DNA of 64,000 bases, from the NCBI GenBank assembly GCA_034104065.1, contig JAXEEN010000021.1, positions 383-64,382 of the forward strand, in the 5' to 3' direction. Source of the stretch: Sutterella sp. GTDB taxonomy: Bacteria > Pseudomonadota > Gammaproteobacteria > Burkholderiales > Burkholderiaceae_F. Made by a program: the position numbers and the translations under genes. The first letter of the stretch is position 1. Each line of letters starts with the position of its first letter. The notes beneath the pieces were generated by a model that was not told the DNA's origin, searched no databases, and saw nothing but the letters and a program-made list of their open reading frames with translations. Below, piece after piece: positions 18,231 through 27,684 of the stretch.

Positions 18231-19739
18231 TCAGGTCATGATCAGGCAGACTGCCGTGACAATGATGACGCCGAGCACGTTGAGCCAGAAACCGGCCTTC
18301 ACCATATCGCCGATCTTGAGACGGCCGGTACCGAACACGATGGCATTGGGCGGCGTGGCCACCGGCATCATGAAGGCGCACGATGCTGCAATCGCCGTAG
18401 CCAGAAGCAGACCGTTGGCATTCATATTGAGGGTTTCCGCCGCAGCGGCGATGAGAGGCATCATCGTGGCGGCGAGCGCCGTATTGGAAGTCACTTCCGT
18501 CGCGAAGGTCACCAGAGCCGCAACACCGGCCATCATGGACGCTTCACCGAATCCGGCGAGCGAGGCCGCCTGAGCACCCACCAGAGCGGCGGCACCCGTC
18601 TTCTGAATCGCCGCAGCCATCGTCAGACCGCCGCCGAAAAGCAGAAGCACGTCCCAGGAAATCACATCCTTGGCCGACGACCAGTCAAGCGCATGAATGC
18701 CGCGTTTCGGATCAACCGGAATGATGAAGAGCAGCAGACCGGCGCCCATGGCGATGACCGTGTCGGAAAGCGCCTTGAAGGGCTTGGCGCCGCCGATGTC
18801 GATGCCGCGGATGAGCGGTCCGAAAATCCAAAGTGCCGCAGCAAGCATGAAAACGATCAGCACGATCACTTCCCCGCGGCTCATGGGGCCGAGCTTGCGA
18901 AGTTCATTCCGAACCCACTCCTTTCCTCCCGGGATGCCGTTGATCTTGCAGGGGAAAAGCACCTTGGTGAGAAGCAGATAGCTGACGGGCAGCATGATGA
19001 CCGTCACGGGAAGACCGACCATCATCCATTCGGTGAAGCTGACGGTCGTGCCGTAGGTCTGCTCCATAAAGCGGGCGTAGATGCCGTTGGGAGGAGAACC
19101 GATCAGCGTCGCCATACCGCCGATAGACGCCGAATAGGCGATGGACAGCAGCACGCAGATGCCGAAATTCTTTTCAGCTTCGCCCATGACCTCCGATTCC
19201 TGAGTAGATCGGACGACGCCGAGCACGGCAATCGCAATCGGCACCATCATGGCGGCCGTTGCCGTATTCGATACCCAGGCCGACAGAATCGCCGTAGCAG
19301 ACATCAAGCCCAGCACCATCTGATTGGGTTTCGTACCGAAGAAGCGCAGCGTCAGCAGCGCGATGCGGCGGTCAAGATGCCAGCGGTGAATGCCCGCAGC
19401 GATAAGGAAGCCACCGAGGAAGAGGAAGATCGTGCCGGAAGCGTAATTGGACATGGCGTCCTTTGCCGACGTGATCTGCAGAAGCGGGTAGGCCACCAGA
19501 GGAATCATGGCAGTCGCCGCAATCGGAAGCGCTTCGGTGAACCACCAAACCGCCATCCAGACGGTCACGCCCAAACAGGCACGGCCTGCGTAGGAGAACG
19601 GCACCACGCTTCCTGATGCATTGGTGTACTGATCAGGAAGCAGAAAATAGGTCAGCAGACCCAAAATGGGGCCGGCGATAAGCGCCATCAGCTTGCCTCG
19701 ATTGGACATGGCGCCGATTTCAATACTGGACTCGGTCAT
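18231..19739 (-). CDS. DASS/SLC13 Na+/di- or tricarboxylate transporter
   Basis: WWFTEALP, LFLGGF, two SNT motifs (VSNTATAA, TSNTALAA), IGSPPN, FMMPVATPPNAIVF; GGAGG SD before ATG 19739. Confidence 0.93.
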   Translation of the reverse strand: MTESSIEIGAMSNRGKLMALIAGPILGLLTYFLLPDQYTNASGSVVPFSYAGRACLGVTVWMAVWWFTEALPIAATAMIPLVAYPLLQITSAKDAMSNYASGTIFLFLGGFLIAAGIHRWHLDRRIALLTLRFFGTKPNQMVLGLMSATAILSAWVSNTATAAMMVPIAIAVLGVVRSTQESEVMGEAEKNFGICVLLSIAYSASIGGMATLIGSPPNGIYARFMEQTYGTTVSFTEWMMVGLPVTVIMLPVSYLLLTKVLFPCKINGIPGGKEWVRNELRKLGPMSRGEVIVLIVFMLAAALWIFGPLIRGIDIGGAKPFKALSDTVIAMGAGLLLFIIPVDPKRGIHALDWSSAKDVISWDVLLLFGGGLTMAAAIQKTGAAALVGAQAASLAGFGEASMMAGVAALVTFATEVTSNTALAATMMPLIAAAAETLNMNANGLLLATAIAASCAFMMPVATPPNAIVFGTGRLKIGDMVKAGFWLNVLGVIIVTAVCLIMT

Positions 19740-19812
19740 GGAACCTCCGTCGTTAGCTCTCCTGCCCGCGCTTTGATTCATTCTCGACAATCGTAAGCGC
19801 GGAAGTTACCGA

Positions 19813-19826
19813 TTGATAATAATCAA
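19813..19826. promoter_or_regulatory. FNR-family binding site
   Basis: TTGAT-AATA-ATCAA, exact match to TTGAT-N4-ATCAA, about 74 bp upstream of the DASS transporter start. Confidence 0.75.
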
Positions 19827-19890
19827 GAGAAAATGTAATTTCAACGAGTCTTCCGTACGGGATAATTCTCCTGAATATTCCTTCTCTTCC

Positions 19891-19922
19891 GCATTATGAA
19901 ATTAATTCCTGCATTATGAAAT
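19891..19922. repeat. tandem 12-bp direct repeat, probable regulator site
   Basis: GCATTATGAAAT at 19891 and 19911 (20-bp period) in AT-rich intergenic DNA. Confidence 0.65.
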
Positions 19923-20015
19923 ATCATGTGCGGCCCATCTCAGACAGCGCTTTCCGAGACCCGGAGAGCCGCATCGGTTTATCTCATTCATGAAGAAAAA
20001 CTATTTCCTCAAAAA

Positions 20016-21098
20016 TCAGACTTCCCTGAGCCCAAGAGCTTCCGCACAGGCAGCGGCTGTCGCGTAGGCGCTTCGTCCGGCGGACTGACCGAGAGGGAGC
20101 ATCATCAGATCTTCTCTGCCGAGTTCTTCGGCACGCCGATGCAGCGGCATCATCAGCGCCTGCTGACCGGGATAGCCTGCCGTCAGATTTTCCCAGTCGG
20201 AGAGCGCATCCACGAGCGCGTTTCCGAGAACACGGCACAGACGGCCCGTATAAATTCTCGTCAGAACGGTGTCAGCCGCCGTTGCATAGCGCGCAGCCCG
20301 CTTCAGCACCGCCGGAGCCCCCGATTCCCGAACGCCGAGAAGCGCCGTCCCGACCATGACTCCCGAAGCCCCCATCGCAGCGAGTCCGGCCGTCTGAGCA
20401 GGAACGCAAATCCCGCCGGCCGCAATGATTGGCAGCCCGGTCGCCGCAGCAGCTGCAGGAAGCAGCGCGCTCAGGCCGACCATCGCATTGTCCGAATCTT
20501 CAAATGAAAGCCGGGGACCGCCGGCCTCCGCCCCCTGAACAATCACGGCATCAACGCCTGCGGCTCTGAGCACCTTGGCCTCGCGAAGCGTCGTCGCGCA
20601 GCCGATATTCAGAATGCCGGCAGCCTTCAGTCTGTCCGCTTCGGGTTCTCTGAATCCGCCGAAGGAAGAAATCACCGCACGGGGGCCGCAGGACAAGGCC
20701 GCATCGAACTGGGCGGAAAAATCCGGGGCTTTCGCCAGCGTCAGATCGTAGTGCTCGGACAGCTTCCCGTCGCTTCCGTCAGGCAGACCCAACTCCGCCA
20801 GCAGCAGTGAAATGGCATCGGCAAAGCGCACGAACTCCTCGGGCTCGGGTCTGTGCAGGGAGGGCACCGTCAGATTGACGGCAAACGGCTTTTGCGTCAG
20901 GCTTTTCACCCGATCGGAAAACGCTGTAATTTCCTCAGGCGCCAGTGCGGCTGCCGGAATGACCCCGAGACCGCCCGCCTCCGAAACGGCGGCCACCAGC
21001 TCAGGCGTTGCCGCTCCCGGCATCGGAGCATTCAGAAAGGCCGTCCGGATGCCCGCAAGACGGGCAAATGAGATGCGCGAATCCTTCGTCTGGGACAT
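20016..21098 (-). CDS. nitronate monooxygenase/FabK-like flavoprotein, conserved His replaced
   Basis: [39 protein letters not shown](P)[23 protein letters not shown]. Confidence 0.85.
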   Translation of the reverse strand: MSQTKDSRISFARLAGIRTAFLNAPMPGAATPELVAAVSEAGGLGVIPAAALAPEEITAFSDRVKSLTQKPFAVNLTVPSLHRPEPEEFVRFADAISLLLAELGLPDGSDGKLSEHYDLTLAKAPDFSAQFDAALSCGPRAVISSFGGFREPEADRLKAAGILNIGCATTLREAKVLRAAGVDAVIVQGAEAGGPRLSFEDSDNAMVGLSALLPAAAAATGLPIIAAGGICVPAQTAGLAAMGASGVMVGTALLGVRESGAPAVLKRAARYATAADTVLTRIYTGRLCRVLGNALVDALSDWENLTAGYPGQQALMMPLHRRAEELGREDLMMLPLGQSAGRSAYATAAACAEALGLREV

Positions 21099-21200
21099 AA
21101 TTGCGTCGTTCTCCCCATTCAACATTATGCAAAGACTGATTTCGGGATTGTACCGTCCGCTTTCGGAAACGTACGCCCGCCGTCGGCATTCACGGCAACC

Positions 21201-22289
21201 ATGTCAAAACAAACCGTCGTCATCGGACTATCGGGCGGCGTTGACTCCTCCGTCAGCGCCTGGCTTCTCAAGCAGCAGGGCTACAACGTCATCGGCCTCT
21301 TCATGAAGAACTGGGAGGACGACGATGACAGTGAATACTGCTCTTCCCGTCAGGACTTCATCGATGCGAGCAGCGTAGCGGACGTCATCGGCATCGATAT
21401 CGAAGCCGTCAATTTCGCCAAAGAGTACAAGGAACGCGTCTTTGCCGATTTCCTCCGGGAATACAGCGCCGGCCGCACGCCCAATCCCGACGTGCTCTGC
21501 AATGCGGAAATCAAGTTCCGAGCCTTTCTTGACCACGCCATGGCCATGGGCGCCGATCTGATCGCTACGGGCCACTACGCCCGCGTCAGGCATACGGACA
21601 ACGGCGTCGAACTCCTCCGCGGCGTCGATCCGGGCAAGGACCAGAGCTATTTTCTCCACCGCCTCACTCAGGAGCAGATTTCCCGGGTCGTCTTCCCGGT
21701 CGGCGGCATCTGCAAAACCGAGGTCCGCCGAATCGCCGAAGATCTCAAGCTTCCCAATGCAAAGAAGAAGGATTCCACCGGCATCTGCTTCATCGGGGAA
21801 CGCCCCTTCAGAGAATTCCTCAACCGCTACCTGCCCACGCATCCCGGTCCGATCCGCATTCCGGACGGCACCGTCGTCGGCGAGCACATCGGTCTGTCCT
21901 TTTATACGCTCGGGCAGCGCAAAGGCATCGGCGTGGGAGGCCGTCATGATTCGACGGGAGAACCTTGGTTCGTCGCCCGCAAAGATCTGGCTTCCAACAC
22001 GCTGTGGATCTGCCAGGGGCATGATCATCCCTGGCTCCTCTCCCGGGAACTGAAGGCCGTTCACCCGAGCTGGGTGGCCGGTCACGCGCCGGAAGACGGC
22101 GAAGGCCTGACGGTGAAGACCAGATACCGTCAGCCCGACGATCCCTGCCGCCTCGAGTATGTCTCGGAAAAAAGTTTCACGCTCGGCTTTGACAAGGCTC
22201 AGTGGGCTGCCACGCCCGGTCAAAGCGCCGTGCTGTACCGAGGAGATGTTTGTCTCGGAGGCGGATTCATCGACGCAGTCAAGCATTGA
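21201..22289 (+). CDS. mnmA: tRNA 2-thiouridine(34) synthase
   Basis: [47 protein letters not shown]. Confidence 0.97.
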   Translation: MSKQTVVIGLSGGVDSSVSAWLLKQQGYNVIGLFMKNWEDDDDSEYCSSRQDFIDASSVADVIGIDIEAVNFAKEYKERVFADFLREYSAGRTPNPDVLCNAEIKFRAFLDHAMAMGADLIATGHYARVRHTDNGVELLRGVDPGKDQSYFLHRLTQEQISRVVFPVGGICKTEVRRIAEDLKLPNAKKKDSTGICFIGERPFREFLNRYLPTHPGPIRIPDGTVVGEHIGLSFYTLGQRKGIGVGGRHDSTGEPWFVARKDLASNTLWICQGHDHPWLLSRELKAVHPSWVAGHAPEDGEGLTVKTRYRQPDDPCRLEYVSEKSFTLGFDKAQWAATPGQSAVLYRGDVCLGGGFIDAVKH

Positions 22290-22304
22290 TCCTCACCGAG
22301 CCAT

Positions 22305-22360
22305 AAAAAAGGGGCGCTGCAAAAATCCGATATTCCGGACCTTTGCAGCACCCCTTTTTT
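22305..22360. terminator. bidirectional terminator
   Basis: AAAAAAGGGGCGCTGCAAA..TTTGCAGCACCCCTTTTTT. Confidence 0.8.
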
Positions 22361-22376
22361 GCTGTCAGGACTGCGG

Positions 22377-23111
22377 TTATTCTTCAGCGGATGACTGCGT
22401 CCGGGACAAGGCCTTTGCCTTTGCCCGCCCCCAGTAGTGTCCGATCAGAATCACCAGCGCGGCGCCGATCACCGCCGCAGGATAATGCAGCGTGAACGAA
22501 AGCTCGGGCCAGCGGCTCGTCACGAAACCATCGGAGACGACCATTCCGCCGGCAATCCACCCGAGCAGACCGGCTCCGAAGTAGATGATGATCGGGAAGC
22601 GATCGATCAGCTTAAGAATGATCTGCGAGCCGCAGACAATGAACGGAACCGAAACGAGAAGGCCGAAAATCACCAGAAGCGTCTGATGAGCCTCATGCGC
22701 CTGCTGTGCCGCACCGGCGATCGCAATGACATTGTCAAAGCTCATCACGAAGTCGGCTACGATGATCGTCTTGATGGCGCCTATCAGCTTGCTGCTGCCC
22801 TCCACGCTTTCATGCCCGCCGTCATCCGGCAGGAGAAGTTTTGCTCCGATCCAAAGCAGAAGGGCTCCGCCCACCACTTTCAGCATCGGCAGATCCAGCA
22901 GCATCACGGCAAAGGTAATCAGCACGACGCGCAGCGCAATAGCGCCGACCGTGCCCCAAAGAATGCCCTTTTTGCGCTGCGATTCAGGCAGGTTGCGGCA
23001 GGCCATGGCAATGACCACGGCGTTGTCGCCGCCAAGCAGGATGTCGATCATGATGATCTGGCCAACCGCTGCCCAGTGCAGGTTGACTAACAGATCCAAG
23101 AGATATTCCAA
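22377..23111 (-). CDS. TerC family (YjbE-type) membrane protein
   Basis: IDILLGGDNAVVIAMACRNLP, TIIVADFVMSFDNVIAIAGAA; TTG start after GGAGG. Confidence 0.92.
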   Translation of the reverse strand: MEYLLDLLVNLHWAAVGQIIMIDILLGGDNAVVIAMACRNLPESQRKKGILWGTVGAIALRVVLITFAVMLLDLPMLKVVGGALLLWIGAKLLLPDDGGHESVEGSSKLIGAIKTIIVADFVMSFDNVIAIAGAAQQAHEAHQTLLVIFGLLVSVPFIVCGSQIILKLIDRFPIIIYFGAGLLGWIAGGMVVSDGFVTSRWPELSFTLHYPAAVIGAALVILIGHYWGRAKAKALSRTQSSAEE

Positions 23112-23224
23112 AATAGCCTCCCCGGAAAAATCTCCGAAATGAAATGCATCGCTGATTCTAGCAAAACCCCGGAAGACGTCTGAGGCTTAAGCCCTGTCTT
23201 ACAAACGGTGACACTGAACGAAAG

Positions 23225-24052
23225 TCAGAAGCCCTCTTCGTCGTCCGGCTCATACACCTCACCGCGAAGAACACGGCTCACCGAGCTCATCGAAAATCCT
23301 CGGTAAAGCAGATATCGAACCTGCCTGTCCCGCTCTTTGCGGTCCTCAGGAAGTTCGGAAAACCTTCTCTTCCATACCCTGAGCGCACGGAGTTCCTCAG
23401 GCTCCTCAATCTGTTCGATGGCGCGGTCAATATTTTCTCTTGAAACACCGCTCATGGACAATTCACGACGGATACGGGCATTGCCGAGCGACTGGGAACG
23501 AACCCTGGCGCGATTCTCGGCAAAGCGCCTGTCGGAAAGATAGCCGCTGCTTTCAAGCCTTTCCAAAACAGCCTCGGCTTCTTCAGGCGTCTCTCCGTCC
23601 TTGAGCCCTTTCCGAAGCTTTCTGCCCAGATCCCTTCTTGAGTAGTCCCGCCTTGCAAGGGCGCCGGCCGCTCTCATGAAAAGGCTCGGCCCGTCTCTCG
23701 TACGCCGCTCCCTTTTGCGGGCTTCGGCACGCCTGATCAGCTCATCGGGATCATTGCAGTAATCCTCGTCACTCGTAAACTGATGCCGCTGACACCGAGG
23801 CAGACGCTTCGTTTGTTTTCGCGCGATGCCGCCGTCTTCCTCATCGAAAACAAGCGTTTCAGCTCGAGAACAAGCCCGCGGGCCTGTCTCGTCCGGTTCC
23901 GAATCAGCGCGGCCGATCGTCAGCCCATCAATGAGATCCGGGGCTGAAGGTTCCTCAGAACTCTCTGACGCAGGCGCCGATACATCCGCAAGCCCGCCTT
24001 CCCCCCATACGAACAGCGTTCCGCCGCCCACTTCGTCCTCATGCCGTCCCAT
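23225..24052 (-). CDS. recX: regulatory protein RecX with long N-terminal extension
   Basis: ALARRDYSRRDL..KL, GYLSDRRFAE, G..RIRREL..GV, RYLLYRGFS in the C-terminal ~150 aa; start uncertain. Confidence 0.85.
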   Translation of the reverse strand: MGRHEDEVGGGTLFVWGEGGLADVSAPASESSEEPSAPDLIDGLTIGRADSEPDETGPRACSRAETLVFDEEDGGIARKQTKRLPRCQRHQFTSDEDYCNDPDELIRRAEARKRERRTRDGPSLFMRAAGALARRDYSRRDLGRKLRKGLKDGETPEEAEAVLERLESSGYLSDRRFAENRARVRSQSLGNARIRRELSMSGVSRENIDRAIEQIEEPEELRALRVWKRRFSELPEDRKERDRQVRYLLYRGFSMSSVSRVLRGEVYEPDDEEGF

Positions 24053-24390
24053 CTCCCCCCCTGACAACAAATCATCCGTTCACAGTCTACCGAACCTGTG
24101 AAAAGCGCATGCTGGTCACGAACAGTCATCCTGACCCGCAGTTTTTTCATATTATTTTTCAATCAATAATTTGCGAATGAGATTATTTCTCTATCCGCGA
24201 ACATCGTCTCTGCTTTACGGCTATTTTCATTAAATATCATCAAATAGGAATCGCCCCACCCGATTCTCCGCCGTTGCATGACCGTTTCCCTTATCAAAAA
24301 ATAAGCATTATTACTCATATTAATTGTCGGACAACGGTCGTTTCCGGCGGGTTTGGAGAGAGTGAAACGCCGGCTGAATTCGATCTCCTC

Positions 24391-24419
24391 TTGACAAACC
24401 TCTTCAGGACGTGCAGAAT
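24391..24419 (+). promoter_or_regulatory. sigma70 promoter of tRNA-Lys operon
   Basis: TTGACA-17 bp-CAGAAT. Confidence 0.75.
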
Positions 24420-24471
24420 TCGTCTCCTCAGTTAGATGTTCGTGGCGATATGCAGCGAACCTCGCAGCGGT

Positions 24472-24547
24472 GGGTCGTTAGCTCAGTTGGTAGAGCAGCG
24501 GACTTTTAATCCGTTGGTCGTGGGTTCGAGTCCCGCACGACCCACCA
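24472..24547 (+). tRNA. tRNA-Lys(TTT)
   Basis: GGGTCGT/ACGACCC acceptor stem, anticodon loop CTTTTAA, TTCGA, encoded CCA. Confidence 0.97.
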
Positions 24548-24562
24548 AACATTTCTGACTGT

Positions 24563-24638
24563 GGGAACGTAGCTCAGTTGGTAGAGCAGCGGACTCTTAA
24601 TCCGTCGGTCCAGGGTTCGAATCCCTGCGTTCCCACCA
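24563..24638 (+). tRNA. tRNA-Lys(CTT)
   Basis: GGGAACG/CGTTCCC acceptor stem, anticodon loop CTCTTAA, CCA. Confidence 0.97.
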
Positions 24639-24673
24639 CCCGAATTCAAAGCCACGCCTTTGGCGCTGACTTC

Positions 24674-24749
24674 GGGAACGTAGCTCAGTTGGTAGAGCAG
24701 CGGACTCTTAATCCGTCGGTCCAGGGTTCGAATCCCTGCGTTCCCACCA
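24674..24749 (+). tRNA. tRNA-Lys(CTT), identical second copy
   Basis: 76 nt identical to 24563-24638. Confidence 0.97.
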
Positions 24750-24755
24750 ATACAG

Positions 24756-24787
24756 ATCCCGCCGATTGCATCGGCGGGATTTTTTTT
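24756..24787 (+). terminator. intrinsic terminator of tRNA operon
   Basis: ATCCCGCCGAT-TGC-ATCGGCGGGAT followed by T run. Confidence 0.9.
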
Positions 24788-24925
24788 GCCTTTTCTTCGG
24801 TAATACCTCAAGTACCGTTTTTTATTCAGCTTTCTTCGGCGATCTTCCAGGCGGAGTCCTAGTAAACTTCTACGACCGACATTCGGCAGCGGCCTGCCGC
24901 TCTTTCCATTCGCAAAATTCCTGCA

Positions 24926-25975
24926 ATGATCAAGCTTGAACACATCACCCAGACCTATAAGACTCCCGAGGGTCGGGAATTCAAGGCACTCACAGACGTG
25001 TCCCTGGAGATTAAAAAGGGAGAAATTTTCGGCATCATCGGCCGTTCCGGCGCCGGCAAGAGTACGTTGGTGCGCTGCATCAATCTGCTGAATCGTCCGA
25101 CCGAGGGCCGAGTGGTCGTCGACGGGAAGGTTCTCACCGAACTGAACGAAGACGACCTGCGTGAAAGCCGCCGTTCCATCGGCATGATTTTCCAGCACTT
25201 CAATCTGCTGAGCTCGCGCACCGTCTATCAGAACGTCGCGCTGCCGCTTGAACTCGTCGGCACGCCCAAGGACGTCATCCGTCAGAAAGTCGAGCCGCTG
25301 CTTGAACTCGTGGGCCTCACGGAACACGCCAATAAATATCCCGCTCAGCTTTCCGGCGGTCAGAAGCAGCGCGTCGGCATTGCCCGCGCTCTGACCAACG
25401 ACCCCAAGGTTCTCCTTTCCGACGAAGCCACCTCCGCGCTTGACCCGGAAACCACGACCGCCACGCTCGCTCTTCTCAAGCGAATCAATCAGCAGCTCGG
25501 CCTGACGGTGGTGATGATCACTCACGAAATGCAGGTTGTGAAGCAGATCTGCGACCGCGTCGTCGTGATGAACTACGGTGAAATCGTCGAGTCAGGCAAT
25601 GTCGCCGACATCTTCATGGCGCCTCAGCATGAAACGACCAAGGCGCTCATCGGCAACGTCATGGCACGAGACATGCCTCCCTCGATTCTTGAACGCGTTC
25701 GTCAGGCACGGGCTTCACATTCTCAGCGCGACTATGTGCATCTGCTTCGTCTGGCTTTTGCCGGCAGCGACGTCACCCGTCCCGTCATTTCCGAATGCTC
25801 CCGCCGCTTCAACATTGACTTCAACATTCTGCGCGGCACCGTCGACGATGTTCAGGGCCGCACGCTCGGCTCGCTGACAGTTCTTGTCGAGGCGGACCGC
25901 AATCTTTACCAGCAAGCCGTAGACTTCATGCTCGATCACGGCGTTGTTGTCGAGGAGATCAACGATGTCAAGTAA
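24926..25975 (+). CDS. metN: methionine ABC transporter ATPase
   Basis: GIIGRSGAGKSTLVRCIN, IGMIFQHFNLL, LSGGQKQRV, DEATSALDPETT, C-terminal NIL domain. Confidence 0.95.
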   Translation: MIKLEHITQTYKTPEGREFKALTDVSLEIKKGEIFGIIGRSGAGKSTLVRCINLLNRPTEGRVVVDGKVLTELNEDDLRESRRSIGMIFQHFNLLSSRTVYQNVALPLELVGTPKDVIRQKVEPLLELVGLTEHANKYPAQLSGGQKQRVGIARALTNDPKVLLSDEATSALDPETTTATLALLKRINQQLGLTVVMITHEMQVVKQICDRVVVMNYGEIVESGNVADIFMAPQHETTKALIGNVMARDMPPSILERVRQARASHSQRDYVHLLRLAFAGSDVTRPVISECSRRFNIDFNILRGTVDDVQGRTLGSLTVLVEADRNLYQQAVDFMLDHGVVVEEINDVK

Positions 25976-26618
25976 CCTCATCATGATGATCTGGGATTCG
26001 TTTGTCGAAACCCTGATCATGGTCATTATCTCCGGCGGCATCGGTTCCGCCATCGGTGTTCCGCTCGGCATTCTGCTTTTCGTGACGGACAAGAAGTCCT
26101 TCATCCCGATGCCGGCGTTCAACGCCGTTCTGAGCACGGTGATCAATGCGGTCCGTTCCGTGCCCTTCATCATCCTGTTGGTGGCGATCATTCCGTTCAC
26201 CCGTCTGATCGTCGGTTCCTCGATCGGCACGGCTGCCGCCGTCGTTCCGCTGACGCTCTCCGTCGCTCCCTTCATTTCCCGTATCGTCGAAACGAGCCTT
26301 CGGGAAGTCGACAAAGGTCTTGTTGAAGCCGCTCAGTCCATGGGCGCCACCAACTATCAGATTGTTGCCAAGGTTCTGATTCCCGAAGCCATGCCCGGCA
26401 TTGTCTCCGGTCTGACCATTGCCATCATCAGCCTGATCGGCGCATCCGCCATGGCCGGCGCCATCGGCGGCGGCGGTCTGGGCGACCTGGGCATCCGCTA
26501 CGGCTACCAGCGCTTCATGCCTGAAGTGATGTGGACCGTCGTGATCGTTCTGATCTTCCTTGTGCAGAGCATTCAGTTCTCGGGCGACCGCATCGTCCGC
26601 AAGATCTCCCACAAGTAA
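25965..26618 (+). CDS. metI: methionine ABC transporter permease
   Basis: RSVPFIILLV..IPFTR.IVG.SIG, SAMAGAIGGGGLGDLGIRYGYQRF. Confidence 0.95.
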   Translation: MSSNLIMMIWDSFVETLIMVIISGGIGSAIGVPLGILLFVTDKKSFIPMPAFNAVLSTVINAVRSVPFIILLVAIIPFTRLIVGSSIGTAAAVVPLTLSVAPFISRIVETSLREVDKGLVEAAQSMGATNYQIVAKVLIPEAMPGIVSGLTIAIISLIGASAMAGAIGGGGLGDLGIRYGYQRFMPEVMWTVVIVLIFLVQSIQFSGDRIVRKISHK

Positions 26619-26653
26619 TACAGCCGGGGCTTATTGCCGGCGGCAATCCCTAC

Positions 26654-26686
26654 CGGCGCGCCGCATTGAGCGGGGCGCCGTTTTTT
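26654..26686 (+). terminator. terminator between metI and metQ
   Basis: CGGCGC.CCGC..GCGG.GCGCCG followed by TTTTTT. Confidence 0.6.
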
Positions 26687-26836
26687 CGATGAGGCAATTG
26701 TCTTATCCGAGCCGTCAGGCATCAATCCTTACTTAGTCTGCGCTGTTCATTCCCTCTCCGGGCATGCATAATGCGCGGCAATGAAAACCCGCCGGCAGGC
26801 ACGGCCTGCCGGCATACAGACAGAGGATTCTTATCT

Positions 26837-27634
26837 ATGAAGCGTCGTTCTCTTCTTGCAGCTGCCGGCATCCTTTCTATGACGGCCGGCCTTCCCTGCG
26901 CGTTTGCCGCCGGTAAGGAAATCGTCGTCGGCGTGACGGCCGGGCCGCATGCTGAAATCATGGAAGTCGTCAAGTCCCTCGCTGACAAGGCCGGCTTCAA
27001 GATGCGCATCGTCGAATTCTCCGACTTCGTCCAGCCCAACGCTGCTCTTGTCGCCGGCGACCTGGACATGAACTCCTTCCAGCACAAGCCCTACATGGAT
27101 CAGCAGAACGCCGACCGCGGCTACCGTCTCGCAGCTGTCGCCCAGACGATTACGTTCCCGCTGACCTTCTATACGCGCAAGCCCTACAAGACGCTTGCCG
27201 ACCTGCCCGCCAAAGCTCGCATCGGCATCCCGAACGATCCGACGAACGGCAGCCGCGCGCTTCACATGCTTGAGGAACAGGGCGTCATCAAGCTCGACCC
27301 GAAGGCCGGTCTTCGCGCCACAGTTCTCGACATTACGGACAATCCCCGCAAGGTCCGCATCATCGAGCTCGACGCCGCACAGCTTCCCCGCAGCCTTTCC
27401 GATCTGGACACCGCAGCCATTAACGGCAGCTACGCCGAACCGGCCGGACTGGATCCCAAGAAGGACGGTCTGTACACGGAACGCGCCGACGGTCCGTACG
27501 CCAACATCCTTTGCGTTCGCGAAGAAGACGCCAAGAAGCCCTGGGTTGCCGAGTTCATCAAGCTCTATCAGTCTCCCGAAGTGCGTGCTTTTGTAGAAAA
27601 GCGCTACAAGGGCGGCATGATCTGCGCCTGGTAA
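26837..27634 (+). CDS. metQ: MetQ/NlpA methionine-binding protein
   Basis: EFSDFVQPNAAL..GDLD.NSFQHKPY, IPNDPTN.SRAL, AAQLPRSL.D; GAGG SD. Confidence 0.93.
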   Translation: MKRRSLLAAAGILSMTAGLPCAFAAGKEIVVGVTAGPHAEIMEVVKSLADKAGFKMRIVEFSDFVQPNAALVAGDLDMNSFQHKPYMDQQNADRGYRLAAVAQTITFPLTFYTRKPYKTLADLPAKARIGIPNDPTNGSRALHMLEEQGVIKLDPKAGLRATVLDITDNPRKVRIIELDAAQLPRSLSDLDTAAINGSYAEPAGLDPKKDGLYTERADGPYANILCVREEDAKKPWVAEFIKLYQSPEVRAFVEKRYKGGMICAW

Positions 27635-27684
27635 GCTACTATTGAATCCTCTTTGACATTTCTTTTCATCCTTAGAGGATTTCT

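Noticed and set aside
23112-23224. yybP-ykoY manganese riboswitch expected upstream of TerC
   Set aside because: The leader is short, has an extended -10 close to the start, and shows no recognisable aptamer.
23920-24162. 80-aa ORF upstream of and overlapping recX
   Set aside because: TTG start in AT-rich DNA, out-of-frame overlap with recX, no motif.
24472-24749. Repeated ~76-bp units resembling a CRISPR or repeat array, and ORF 24578-24862 with a repeated peptide
   Set aside because: The units are tRNA-Lys genes; no cas genes are present.
24788-24925. SAM riboswitch upstream of metN
   Set aside because: No SAM-I, SAM-II or SAM/SAH consensus recognisable by eye; an Rfam scan would be needed to exclude it fully.
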